The position numbers were made by a program, and so were the translations under genes. A stretch of 64,000 bases of DNA, taken from the NCBI GenBank assembly GCA_037447605.1, contig CM074804.1, forward strand, positions 3,077,909-3,141,908, given 5' to 3'. Positions 35,680 to 53,467 of this stretch are shown one piece after another; within the stretch, counting starts at the first letter, position 1; each line of letters opens with the position of its first letter. This DNA comes from Zygnema circumcarinatum SAG 698-1b (Eukaryota; Plantae; Zygnematophyceae). The notes below the pieces were generated by a model, which saw nothing but the letters and a program-made list of their open reading frames with translations, ran no database searches and had not been told where the DNA came from.

Positions 35680-37683
35680 ATGGTGGCTGTGTATTTGGGG
35701 GCTGCGTCTCTGCAGAGTGTGGCGGCGGGAGGGGCGTGGAGGGAGGTTTGGGAGGCGGGGTTGGCGGCGGCAGTGCGCTACGGGGTAAAGGAGGGAGAAT
35801 TTTTAGGGTTAGGGAGGTGGGGGACAGGGAGGGGAGGAGCTCGAGGGCATGTGCATGGGTGTGGGAGGGGGCATCTGCGGGAGAGGAGGGTGTGGAGGGA
35901 GAGAGGGAGAGAGTTGAGAGGGGAGAGGAGAGGATGGGTGGCCGTGACGGGGGTAGGGAAGGAGACGAGGAGGACCGTGGTGAGAGCGCAGAGTGGGATG
36001 CAGATAGCGGCGGAGTGGGAAGGAAGGGAAAGGAACGCAGATAGAGGAGCAAGATTAGGGTTAGTGGGAGAGTCGGCCTGTAATGCTGTAGGGAAGGCGC
36101 TGTCGTCTATGGTTCATATGATCAAGACCCTGCAGATCTACGCTCTGCGAATGGACTCTCTTTTAAATGATAGACACATTCCTTCTGTGATATCAGTCGT
36201 CCAGCGGGAGATGAGCGCCGCTTTTGTGTGGCTTTTCCAGCAAGTGTTTTCCTGTACGCCTGCACTTATGGTAGCAGTAATGCTCCTCTTCGCAGATTTC
36301 ACTGTTTACTCCGTGGCGGAACATGTTAATCTACCCAGGGTTGTGGCAGTTCCCGAAGAGATCTTTTTAGGGGAGCAGGATCTGGAGGGGAATGAACCGA
36401 CCACTTCGCAAGCTTCGGCTTCTCCTCAATCTTCTCAGGGGAATGAGGGGGAGGGGAGTGAGGTGGTGGTTGGGCTGCTAGACATGGCAGGATGTGGTGG
36501 GAGGGGCTCACGCTATAGCTGGAGTGGGGTGCAACCGGATGAGGGAGGTCCCAATCGGGAGGATGGGTGGGATAAAGGAGCAGCCTTGTTGAGAGAGATT
36601 AACTCCACAGGTGGTTTGTGGCAAGAAGATGGTCAAACAGGCGCCAGGAGCGGAGCAGTGTCTGGAAATTTGGGCCCTTCCCAAAGAGTGGGTTTCACGT
36701 GTAAGAAGGCCTGTGCGGAGGGCTCCTTTGCAGGAGTGGGAATCGGGGGGGTTGTGGGAGAGGCTGATGGAGAGAGTACGTGGATTGAAGGCGTGGCGGC
36801 TGAGAGAGACTCAGCTGGGCATCCCATGGCCCAGCTCTTGATAGATGATGGGGGTGAAGGATTGGCTTTTGGGTATGCTCTTACTGAGCAGCACTATGAA
36901 GATGCGCTGGACAGAGAACCTGATAATGCGCTCCTCCTTGCTAATTATGCGCAGTTTCGCCACACTGTGTATCGAGATGCGAGAAGGTGAGTGACTGAAT
37001 GGTGATTTTTATACCTCTACGTTGGTTGGGGGAGATGCCTATTTGCGAAGCAGCACGCAGCGTCTTTGCATCTTTGTTAGTCCGCTACGTTGTGAAAGAA
37101 ACTTTGTGCAGGCAGTGAAACTTGCCGGTGGAAGGTCTGTGGCTGTCTGAGTTGCAACCTGGTGGGTGATTCACGTGAAGTAATTCCGTTCGAAAGGATG
37201 ATGTGTGAACGGAAGGTTTTGACATCATGATTTCTTGTGTTTGGCTTTCTAGCATATATTGTCCGTGGAAAGGAACACTTTGGTTGTTGAACCCTCCTCT
37301 AGTCTTAGTCTGCACAGTGCGGCACTGTTTCTTGACCAGAATTCCAACAAGTCCCTTCCTCGTTGCAGGTCCTGTCAGATCTTGCTGTTCCATGCTGATG
37401 TTAATGTTGATGAACATCTTTTTGAATATGTCTGACCCATCCCCCTCCCTCGCTGTGCAGAGCGGAGGAGCTTTTTTTACGCGCTGTTGCCGCTGACCCC
37501 ACAGATGGCCATATTTTGGGTCGCTTCGCGACATTTCTATGGTTGGAGCGTGGGGACAAGCGAGCTGCCGAGCGAACGTTCAAAGCCGCCATCGCCTGCG
37601 ACCCCTCTAATCCGTACTACAGCGGCAGCTACGCGCATTTCCTGTGGCATGCGGGGGAGGAGGAAGGGCAAAGGGTAGGATAG
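35680..37683 (+). CDS. Plant TPR-repeat protein (2 exons; start uncertain)
   Basis: Exon 35680-36986 (GKALSSMVHMI...QREMSAAFVWLFQQVFSCTPALMVAVMLLFADF...YEDALDREPDNALLLANYAQF) plus exon 37461-37683 (AEELFLRAVAADPTDGHILGRFATFLW...YSGSYAHFLW). Confidence 0.85.
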
Positions 37684-38700
37684 AAAGATAGAACGCGAGA
37701 TGGGAATAGGGAAGCGGAGGTACTGCTTAATGTAGGTGGTTTTTACATCCCCGTTTTTTGGCAGGGGGCGGAGAGGACTAGAGAAGCCCATGCGTGGGCC
37801 TCTCTACATAAGGCTTGTGGGTCTTCTGCAAGCCCTCTTTTTTTGAATATGAAAGAATGTGCATAGCCTGGGAGCCATTCCATTGCTTAGTAAAAAGTGT
37901 GAAAACACAGATCTTCCTGTCCCAGCCGGAGGCCTATTGCCTCTGCTTCTGCAGATCGTGGTTAGGAATGCCCAGCTGGCCCTTGCGTGCCGCAAGTAGG
38001 ATAGCGGGTAGAGAGTAGAGCTTGAGCAGTCAGATTAGGCCACATCCCTAGTGTTTTTTTCGCACAGAGTGCGACCCTGGTTGTAATTCAGCCTCGAGCC
38101 GCATGTGCCAAATATTCGCAGGTGTGCCTTGAGCTTTATTCTGTATCCACATGGCTTTTGTTAGAATAGCTTTCCTGTGTGGAGCAGAGCGCAGCTTGAA
38201 ATGGGTATCACTGCCTGCAAGATCTCTGACTAGTTTCCATGTCATTTCCGAGCTACCGTGAAATGTAGAAAATAAAGATTCGAGACATTCTCAAGGTAAT
38301 TCTTTACAATAGGATGTCTTTAATATCTTTTCATATCTGCTCGTTTGTAACGATTTACGAGATAGTTGCCAGAAATTTCCTCTCGACTAATGACACGAAG
38401 CTATATTTGCACTCCTACCATCTAGCGCGCGTGGCAAACTGGAAGGCATTTGCCTTCAAGAGCTTGCTTACCTTCCTGCACTCTAATATACAGAACCAGT
38501 ATATTCCAAGGCACCGAATCTTCAGCAAGACAGCCTCCCGCATGCTATTACTTTCGGTTTCCAGCTTACCCTAACGATGCTATTTCAAACCCTCTCCTTC
38601 CTCCCCTTTTAGGAGAAGGCTGATCTCAAAGCTGGCTGAGGAGAATGTGCGGGAACTTCAACGCTCTGAACACGTGAGAAGGGAGAGGAAGAGAGGTGCT

Positions 38701-43882
<5,182 letters not shown>

Positions 43883-44097
43883 CTCTCGCTCCCTCCCTCC
43901 TCCGCTCTCCCTCTCTCTCTCGTACTCTCCCTCGCTTTCCCCTCGCCCTCGCGTGCGTGCAGGCGAGCTTGGACGGAAAATGTTTCAAGGGCTGCCCGGC
44001 GGCGCGGTCAGCAAGTAGCGAAGCGGGAAAGCGCTGCGGGCGGGCGGGCGGGGGCGGAAGCTTCATCGCAGCTGCATGCCACAGGCTGGCGGCGCAG

Positions 44098-44582
44098 GGG
44101 GGCGCCACGTGGACCAGGTAGGAATTGTGGCTGTGACATGGCGGTGACGTGGCGGCCGGAGGTGCATGTTTGGCGCTCCATGCGCGCAGTTGCAGAAATG
44201 CCGCGAATGCGAACTATGAACTGCTCCATGCGGCATGGAACGTTCTGGGGGCAGGGGCTACGACTTGACCTTGCCGTAGGGCTGACGCGGGCGGGCCGGG
44301 CGGGCGGGCGGGGCGGGGCGGGGCGGGGCGGGGCGGGGCCGCGATCTGCAGGCGACCGACCCGTCCGAGGCCGCGGTCCGGCGCTGGCCCACGTGGCGGC
44401 CGTACGGGTCAATTCGTAGCCCTCGCCCCCAGCACATCCCATGCCGCATGGCGCAGTTCACAGTTCGCATTTGCCGGCATTTCTGCAACTGCGTGCATGG
44501 GGCGCCACGCATGCACCTCCGGCCGCCACGTCACCGCCATGTCACCGTCACGATTCCCTGGTCCACGTGGCGCCCCCCTGCG
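44098..44582. mobile_element. Foldback/MITE-like imperfect inverted repeat (about 170-bp arms)
   Basis: GGCGCCACGTGGACCAGG...ACATGGCGGTGACGTGGCGGCCGGAGGTGCAT is mirrored at 44405-44582. Confidence 0.7.
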
Positions 44583-46077
44583 CCGCCAGCAGGGGGGCGC
44601 CGCGGGGGGCCGGGCGGAATAAGAAACGGTCTGCAAATCCGTTTCCCCTTAGGGTTTTTAGGGTGACACCCCCTCCCGTAATGCCGTAGAAGTTGTCAGA
44701 CTTAACAGCATCTTACGAAAAGCATTACCGTACGAAAGTGAGTTACTGAAATACTCCGCTTGCAGGCGGAACGCGAGACCGTACCAATAAGGTTTGGACT
44801 TCGAACAATAGGGGGAGTCAGACTTAGACCAGCGCCAAATCAATTCAGAAAACCCCCGACCCTAATTCCGCGTTGTACGGCAGCCCAATTCCGCGAAAAG
44901 TGGACGTTCGACAGGCTCGGGCGTCACGAATTCCAGAGAGCAATTGTTTTGCCTCCGTATCTCCGGGCCACAGGTTTGACTCCCCCCTTTTCGCCCCCCC
45001 GCGCTCCCTCCGCCGCCTGCCGCCCGCCGCCCTCCGTTTTGTCNNTACGCGCGTCACCACCGCGCGACCGGCGTCCCGCCGCGGCGCCTCGCGCCCGCCG
45101 CCTGCCCGCCTGCTCGCTCGCTGCGAGCTCATATCAGCTCGGGTTTAGGGTTTAGGGCTCCTCCCTCGCCATGGCCGAGCTATCCTTGCAGCGGAACGAG
45201 CAGAGCGTCCTCTCGCCTCACCCCAGTGAACGGTGAGCGGTGTGCCGTCGACCACGGCAAGAGCGCGATCGGTTTATGGGGACGACGGCGGACTTGAGCA
45301 GCGGTGAGTCCTTGCCCTTGCCCCTGCCTCCCTTAGCCTTGCCCCTGCCTCCCGTGCCCTTGCACCTGCCTCCCTTGCCCTTGCCTCTGCACCTGCCTTC
45401 CCTGCCCTTCCCCCTGCCTCCCTTTCCCTTGCCCCTGCCTCCTGTGCTCTTGCACCTGCCCCTGCCTCCCTCGCCTTTGCTCATGCATCCTTTGTCTCCC
45501 TTGGTGCTCTTTTTGCTACTGCTGCTGTTGCTGCTTTTTATGCTGTTGTTGTTGATGTTGCTCCTGCTTCTTATGCTGGTGCTTTTTTTGCTCTTGCTTT
45601 TTTTGCTGCTGCTGCTGCCTCTTCTTCTTCATCTGCTGTTTCTGCTGTTGTTGTTGTGCTGCTGCCGCTGCTACTGCTGTTGCTGCTGTTTCTGCTGCTA
45701 CTGCTGCAGCTGTAGTCGCTTCTTATCCTGCTGCTACTGCTACAGCTCCTGCTGCTACTGTTGCTGCTGTTGCTGCTGTTACTGCTGTTGTTGCTGTTGC
45801 TGCTGATGTTGCTGCTGTTTCTGCTGCTACTGCTGCAGCTCTAGTCGCTTCTTATCCTGCTGCTACTGCTACAGCTCCTGCTGCTACTGTTGCTGCTGTT
45901 GCTGCTGTTACTGCTGTTGNNNNNNNNNNTACAACAACAACCCAATTCAAAGTTTTGAAGGAGATGGTAAAAAGCAATAAGAACAACTAAAAAAAATACC
46001 AACAAATGTTTGGCATATAAAGCAAAAACACAAAAACTTTAAATAAATAAAAATTAGAAGAATATAAAAACACTACA

Positions 46078-46156
46078 AGTTGAAGTGGGGATTTGAACCC
46101 CTTTATTACTGTTGCAATGTTTTGCAACGGTTGCGTAACCAATTCGCCACTTTGAC
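46078..46156 (-). ncRNA. tRNA-like sequence (copy 1, 8-nt insert in anticodon loop)
   Basis: A-box TGGCGAATTGG, B-box GGTTCAAATCC, D and T arms present, acceptor stem imperfect. Confidence 0.5.
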
Positions 46157-46527
46157 TTGGGGAGAGGGAGGAATGACATACAATCATACACACAACAGTA
46201 GCATAAGCAAAGGAATGAGGGGCACAAGCAAAGGCAAGGAAGACAAAGGCAAGGGCAACACAACAAGGGGCAAAGGTCAAAGGAGGCTGGGGCAGGTGCA
46301 AGGGAGGCAAAATGCGTATTGCAAAATGCAGCATCAAAAACAAAAAAAAATGAATGCTGCAACAGCAGCGAGAGCAACAGCCGCAGCAGATAGGATAAAA
46401 TATAGAATAAAGAATAGATAGATAGAATAAAAACAACTAAAAAAAAATAACAACAAATATTTGGCATATGAAGCAAAAACACAAAAAGTTTAAATAAATA
46501 AAAATAGAAAAGTGAATAAACACTACA

Positions 46528-46598
46528 AGTTGAAGAGGGGATTTGAACCCCTTTATTACTGTTTTGCAACAGTTGCGTAACCAATTCGCCACTTCAAC
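46528..46598 (-). ncRNA. tRNA-like cloverleaf (Cys/GCA-like, anticodon arm 1 nt short); SINE head or tRNA pseudogene
   Basis: GTTGAAG/CTTCAAC acceptor stem, GCG/CGC D-stem with GG loop, ACTGT/ACAGT stem around TGCAAA, AGGGG/CCCCT T-stem with TTCAAAT loop, T-runs downstream. Confidence 0.6.
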
Positions 46599-47236
46599 TT
46601 AATAGGGAGAGGGAGGAAACACCTACAATCATACACACAACAGAAGCATAAGCAAAGGAACGAAGGGCACAAGGCAAGGAAGACAGAGGCAAGGGCAACA
46701 CAACAAGGGGCAAAGGCAAGGGAGGCTGGAGCAGGTGCAAGGGAGGTAGAATGCGGAATGCGGAATGCCGAATGCGGAATGGGGAATGCGGAATGCCGAA
46801 TGCGGAATGGGGAATGCGGAATTCAGAAAAAAAAATGAATGCTGTTGTCCAGCAAAAAAACAAAATGAATGCTGTAGCAGCAGCAGCAAGAGCAGCAAGG
46901 ACAGCAACCGCAACAGCAGCAGCAGCAGTGAGGAGTGATAGAGTAGTGAGTAGAGCAGCAGCACAGCAACAGCAGCAGCAGCAGCAGCAGAAAAAGAAGC
47001 AGAAGCAATAGGAGCAACAACAGTAGAAAAAGCAGCAGCAAAAAAAACAGAAGCAATAAGAGCAACAGCAGAAGCAATAAGAGCAACAGCAGAAGCAGAA
47101 GCAGCAGCACAGCAACAGCAGCAGCAGCAGAAAAAGAAGCAGAAGCAATAGGAGCAACAACAGTAGAAAAAGCAGCAGCAAAAAAAACAGAAGCAATAAG
47201 AGCAACAGCAGAAGCAATAAGAGCAACAGCAGAAGC

Positions 47237-47275
<39 letters not shown>

Positions 47276-48666
47276 CCAACAGCAACAACAACAGCAATAG
47301 TAGCAGCAGCACCACCACCAACAGCAACAACAGCAGCAGTAGTAGCAGCAGCAGCAGAAAAGAAGAAGAAGCAGCAGCAGTAGCAACAGCAGAAGCAGCA
47401 GCAGTAACAACAGCAGAAGCAGAAGCAGCAGCAGCAGCCAGTACCAGCAGCAAGAGCAGCAGCAGCACAGCAATAGCAACAGCAGCAGAAAAAGAAGCAG
47501 CAAAACCAGCAGCAGCAGCAGCAGAAAGAGCAGCAAGGGAGACAAGGAAGGCATGGGCCAGGCCGAGGGAGGCAGGGGCAGGTGCGAGGGCAAGGACTCA
47601 CCGCGGATCAACTCCGCCGTCGTCCGTTCGCGTCCTCGCCGACCACTCTCCCGTGGTGCTTATGAGGTCCGTGAGGACGTGCTTCCCGCAAGGTGGTTGT
47701 TGTTGGTGGGGAAACGAGAAACCCTATAGTTGTGCCAGCCCTGAAACGCCGCTCTGCGCGGCGGCGGGTCGCGGCGTCCGGGCGGCGGCGGTGTGAGGCG
47801 CTCGCATCGCGTGCGGACGCGCATGGCGACAGCAAGCACGATTCCTGATCGGCGGAGTTATTCGAAACGGGGGTTCTGAGGCCCCCTGCCTCGAGCCAGC
47901 AGAATTCTGAAATTTGGGGCATTTTTGTAAACTCATTCCGCCGTACGACGTGACAGACAGGTTCGGGAGGAGCCGTGGTTTCCGACCCGAATTATTAAAT
48001 CGAAATAAATACCTTTCCGCGGTCGAAATCTTGCAATTCAGCGGGCGATGGTCAAGGTCCGACTTCCCCACCAAAGACGGCCGTTCGCGGGTAAGATTAC
48101 ATATGTGATTCTGACCGGTGTACGCCGCCCATTTTGTCAAGCCCGAAAGCGCCTCCATACCTCTTTGCCGCGATTTGAGGCTGGCGAGTGTGTCTGGTTA
48201 GCAGGCAGCAGTAAAACATGGAAGCAACATGTATCGCGGTGCAATGCTGGCGCGACGCAGCAGACGTGATGAAAAACGAGACGCGAGCCGAAACGGCCGG
48301 AATTAAAACCGACAGAGAAAGATAGGGCACATAACCTAGCGTGTTTCAGGAAAAATCTGTCAGTCTTAATTCCCGCCATTTCCGACTGCCGTCCGCGGAC
48401 TCCAGTTTTGTCGCGTCTCGTTTCGTCACGTCACGGTCCCAAACATACTTGTCACGTCATATGTTGCCGCACCAATCATGTTGCTCCACGTGTTGCGCCC
48501 TTATACCTTGTAGACGCGCGCGCTTCGTACATTTCAAATCACTATCCGTACATCCGACGAAAAAAGGTCTGTATCTATTCTAAAAAGTATGAAACAGCGC
48601 CGGGCAACCAAAAAAATGATTTTTTTGCTGCCCGGCGAAATCGTACACTACATTCAGAATCCGTAC

Positions 48667-49607
48667 ACTGTAAATAGTCGCCTCCAAAAAAAAAGGGTAA
48701 CTCTACTGCACCCCCGCGTTTTGTCTTTCGCACCCCCGTTTTGAAAAATTTTCCTGCCCGGTTTGGTTACCTCCCAGTTTTGAATATTTCGGGAAAAAAT
48801 CTTTTTCCCGCCCCTTTCGTCCCCTCCGCTGCCCCCTGTTGCGAAACGCGATAAAACTAAATGCATAATCGTTTGTTCATGTCCGTGGTTGCCTTTTAAC
48901 GGTAAAGTTCATGGGTGAGTACCGGGAGGTGTCGAGTTCGGTTGTTATCATTCCCCATCCCTTCATTATTTTTTGGACATTCCATCCCCTCGTTTTCTCC
49001 TTTTCACTATTGACTTCCAACAATGTGCGACAAAAGAAAAGGGGATTTGCATTGGTCTCAAGATGGTGAGGCCATCAAATAAACATGGACGAAGTCAACA
49101 TGGGAACCACAAGAAATTACTCGCAAATGAAACAAGCACAAAATAAAAAAACTAGGAACAAAAAACTAAACTAAACTAAACTTAAGTACAAAAACGCAAC
49201 CTTAAACACAACTGCAAAGGTCACCAATGTTGGGCAACTGTTACTCTCTGTTTTCAGGTTACCCCTAATTAAGGCAAGATCTTAAATTGTGGCCTGTTTG
49301 CTTGCAATTGGAACATTTTTTCCCTTCAACGTACTCGAAATAGCTCTTGTCCCGGCTGATTGCCAAACTGCGCGCGCCAGAAGGTCGACCTCGTTCCTTC
49401 ATAACCGGGGGAGGGTTTTGCAACCGCAATGGTTCGAGGGGGGGCAGCGGAGGGGACGAAAGGGGCGGGAAAAAAAAAAATTCCCGAAATATTCAAAACT
49501 GGGGGATAACCAAAACGGGCAGGAAAATTTTTCAAAACGAGGGTGCGAAAGACAAAACGCGAGGGTGCAGTAGAGTTACCCAAAAAAAAAGGGGGCGACT
49601 ATTTACA
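48667..49607. mobile_element. Family B long-TIR element copy
   Basis: Same TIRs as 5770-6695, extended by (C)TGTAAATAGTCGCC. Interior is inverted relative to the 5.8-kb copy. Confidence 0.75.
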
Positions 49608-49907
49608 GTAGGGCGTGTCAGACTTAAAAAATTCTCGTAATACTAAAAACTCGATATTCGTAACATTTCGAGTCAACGTCAGTAAAACTAAAATTCCCGA
49701 GCGTAGTTTTTCGCACTCGCGGCGCGGTCCTGTTCGCACTCCGCGATCGCCGTCTTCGCACTTCTCCAAACGCCGTCTTCGCAACNNNNNNNNNNTGGGG
49801 GGGTAACCAAAACGGGCAGGAAAATTTTTCAAAAGGGGGCTGCGAAAGACAAAACGCGGGGGTGCAATAGAGTTACCCTTTTTTTTTGGGGGCGACTATT
49901 TACATTA

Positions 49908-50064
49908 GGGGGTGTCAGACTTAAAAAATTTCAGTACGCGTGTTCGTAAGTTTGACATCAGAACGAGTACTCCAGTATAATCGCGATCCTCCTGCGGCGG
50001 AGTACTTTCGTAACCTTTTTTTTCGTAACGCTTTTCGTAAGATTTTGTTAAGTCTGACACGCCC
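49908..50064. mobile_element. 157-bp MITE (TIR GGGSGTGTCAGACTTAA, TA flanks)
   Basis: TIRs visible at both ends. Mirror copy at 50734-50890, duplicate at 52171-52327. Confidence 0.8.
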
Positions 50065-50733
50065 TAGTGTACGTTTTCTGAATGTAGTGTACGTTTTCTG
50101 GGGGCAGCAAAAAAAACCTTTTTTTGGCTGCCCGGCGCTGTTTCATACTTTTCAGAATAGATACAGACCTTTTTTCGTTGGATGTACGGATAGTGATTTG
50201 AAATGTACGAAGCCTGCGCGTCTACAAGGTATAAGGGTGCAACACGTGGAGCGACATGATTGGTCGCGGCAACATATGACGTGACAAGTATGTTTGGGAC
50301 CGTGACGTGACGAAACGAGACGCGACAAAACTGGAGTCCGCGGACGGCAGTCGGAAATGGCGGGAATTAAGACTGACAGAAAAAGATAGGGCACATAACG
50401 TAGCGTGTTTCAGGAATAATCTGTCAGTTTTTTTCCCGCCATTTCCGACTGCCGTCCGCGGACTCTAATTTTGTCGCGTCTCGTTTCGTCACGTCACGGT
50501 CCCAAACATACTTGTCACGTCATATGTTGCCGCGACCAATCATGTCGCTCCACGTGTTGCACCCTTATACCTTGTAGACGCGCAGGCTTCGTACATTTCA
50601 AATCACTATCCGTACATCCGACGAAAAAAGGTCTGTATCTATTCTGAAAAGTATGAAACAGCGCCGGGCAGCCAAAAAAAGGATTTTTTTGCTGCCCCCA
50701 AAAACGTACACTACATTCAGAAAACGTACACTA

Positions 50734-50890
50734 GGGCGTGTCAGACTTAACAAAATCTTACGAAAAGCGTTACGAAAAAAAAGGTTACGAAAGTACTCCG
50801 CCGCAGGAGGATCGCGATTATACTGGAGTACTCGTTCTGATGTCAAACTTACGAACACGCGTACTGAAATTTTTTAAGTCTGACACCCCC
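50734..50890. mobile_element. 157-bp MITE copy
   Basis: TA-GGGCGTGTCAGACTTAA ... TTAAGTCTGACACCCCC-TA. Absent from the paralogous site near 48665. Confidence 0.8.
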
Positions 50891-50892
50891 TA

Positions 50893-51790
50893 ATGTAAAT
50901 AGTCGCCCCCAAAAAAAAAGGGTAACTCTATTGCACCCCCGCGTTTTGTCTTTCGCAGCCCCCTTTTGAAAAATTTTCCTGCCCGTTTTGGTTACCCCCC
51001 CAGTTTTGAATATTTCGGGAAAAAAATCTTTTTCCCTCCCCTCCCGTCCCGTCCCCTCCCCTCCCTTGCCCTCCCCTCCTCGTCTCTCCTCTCCTCGGTT
51101 TGCAATGTCCATAAAAATGCTACCAACTGATTATGAGACCCGCGATGAGCTCGTACAAGTCGAAAAAATGTTCCAATTGCAAGCAAGCAGGCCACAACTT
51201 AAGATCTTGCCTTAATTAGGGAGTCTATGATCCTAACCTGAAAACAGAGAGTAACAGTTGCCCAACATTGGTGACCTTTGCAGCTGCGTTTAAGGCTGCG
51301 TTTTTTGCGCTTAAGCTTAGTTTAGTTTAGTTTTTTGCTCCTGGTTTTTTTATTTTGTGCTTGGTTCATTTGCGTCCAATTTCTTGTGGTTCCCACGTTG
51401 AAATTGTCCATGTTTATTTGATGGCCTCACCATCTTGAGACCAATGCAAATCCCGTTTTCTTTTCGCACATTTGTTGGAAGTCAATAGTGAAAAGGAGAA
51501 AACGAGGGGGGTGGAATGTCCAGAAAAAGAGGAGGGGAGAGGAGGGGAGGGGAGCGGGCGGGGAGCGGGGAGCGGGCGGGGAGCGGGCGGGGAGCGGGGA
51601 GCGGGCGGGAGGGGAGGGCCGGGGAGGGCCGGGGAGGACAGGGCAGGGGAGGGGAGGGGAGGGGAGGGAAAAAAAAATTTTCCCGAAATATTGAAAACTG
51701 GGGGGGTAACCAAAACGGGCAAGAAAATTTTTCAAAAGGGGGGTGCGAAAGACAAAACGCGGGGGTGCAGTAGAGTTACCCAAAAAAAAG
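50893..51790. mobile_element. Family B long-TIR element copy
   Basis: Same TIRs and interior as 5770-6695. Repeated at 52330-53227. Confidence 0.75.
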
Positions 51791-53467
51791 GAAAATGATA
51801 CAGTCGCCCCACTTTTTGGATATCCGCGCCCCCTTTCGGGAAAATTTGTACTTTCATTTTGGCTAATCACGCCCCCCCCCCCCCCCCCCCCCCCCNNNNN
51901 NNNNNTTTTGTCGCGTCTCGTTTCGTCACGTCACGGTCCCAAACATACTTGTCACGTCATATGTTGCCGCGACCAATCATGTCGCTCCACGTGTTGCACC
52001 CTTATACCTTGTAGACGCGCAGGCTTCGTACATTTCAAATCACTATCCGTACATCCGACGAAAAAAGGTCTGTATCTATTCTGAAAAGTATGAAACAGCG
52101 CCGGGCAGCCAAAAAAAGGATTTTTTTGCTGCCCCCAAAAACGTACACTACATTCAGAAAACGTACACTAGGGCGTGTCAGACTTAACAAAATCTTACGA
52201 AAAGCGTTACGAAAAAAAAGGTTACGAAAGTACTCCGCCGCAGGAGGATCGCGATTATACTGGAGTACTCGTTCTGATGTCAAACTTACGAACACGCGTA
52301 CTGAAATTTTTTAAGTCTGACACCCCCTAATGTAAATAGTCGCCCCCAAAAAAAAAGGGTAACTCTATTGCACCCCCGCGTTTTGTCTTTCGCAGCCCCC
52401 TTTTGAAAAATTTTCCTGCCCGTTTTGGTTACCCCCCCAGTTTTGAATATTTCGGGAAAAAAATCTTTTTCCCTCCCCTCCCGTCCCGTCCCCTCCCCTC
52501 CCTTGCCCTCCCCTCCTCGTCTCTCCTCTCCTCGGTTTGCAATGTCCATAAAAATGCTACCAACTGATTATGAGACCCGCGATGAGCTCGTACAAGTCGA
52601 AAAAATGTTCCAATTGCAAGCAAGCAGGCCACAACTTAAGATCTTGCCTTAATTAGGGAGTCTATGATCCTAACCTGAAAACAGAGAGTAACAGTTGCCC
52701 AACATTGGTGACCTTTGCAGCTGCGTTTAAGGCTGCGTTTTTTGCGCTTAAGCTTAGTTTAGTTTAGTTTTTTGCTCCTGGTTTTTTTATTTTGTGCTTG
52801 GTTCATTTGCGTCCAATTTCTTGTGGTTCCCACGTTGAAATTGTCCATGTTTATTTGATGGCCTCACCATCTTGAGACCAATGCAAATCCCGTTTTCTTT
52901 TCGCACATTTGTTGGAAGTCAATAGTGAAAAGGAGAAAACGAGGGGGGTGGAATGTCCAGAAAAAGAGGAGGGGAGAGGAGGGGAGGGGAGCGGGCGGGG
53001 AGCGGGGAGCGGGCGGGGAGCGGGCGGGGAGCGGGGAGCGGGCGGGAGGGGAGGGCCGGGGAGGGCCGGGGAGGACAGGGCAGGGGAGGGGAGGGGAGGG
53101 GAGGGAAAAAAAAATTTTCCCGAAATATTGAAAACTGGGGGGGTAACCAAAACGGGCAAGAAAATTTTTCAAAAGGGGGGTGCGAAAGACAAAACGCGGG
53201 GGTGCAGTAGAGTTACCCAAAAAAAAGGAAAATGATACAGTCGCCCCACTTTTTGGATATCCGCGCCCCCTTTCGGGAAAATTTGTACTTTCATTTTGGC
53301 TAATCACGCCCCCCCCCCCCCCCCCCCCCCCCCCNNNNNNNNNNCCCCCCCCCCCCCCCCCCCCCTGGATCTTTCGGGAGGAGAGATCTCGTAGACAATC
53401 GGACCCGGCGCCTCGCGCGCAGGATCCGACCGTGCACCGACGTACGGCGGGGCGCCGCGATTGTCTA

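Larger units (their letters stand above)
44811..48069. mobile_element. 3.3-kb TIR-bounded non-autonomous element with inverted paralogous internal arms (contains an N gap)
   Basis: Left GGGGGAGTCAGACTTAGACCAGCGCC and right reverse complement GGGGAAGTCGGACCTTGACCATCGCC, the same TIR family as the 54129-54328 MITE. Confidence 0.55.

Noticed and set aside
45218-47611. Cys/Leu/Ala/Gln-rich ORFs
   Set aside because: Trinucleotide low-complexity tracts that follow splice donors, read as intron-like TE interior.
49030-49130. Chromodomain-like peptide (HWSQDG..STWEPQE) in the family B interior
   Set aside because: Very short, interrupted by a stop, and not conserved in frame across copies.
50467-53334. 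Apparently identical 1437-bp direct tandem duplication
   Set aside because: Each copy ends in poly-C plus a 10-N gap and the translations are identical, so scaffolding redundancy is the likeliest cause. Needs long reads before being treated as biology.
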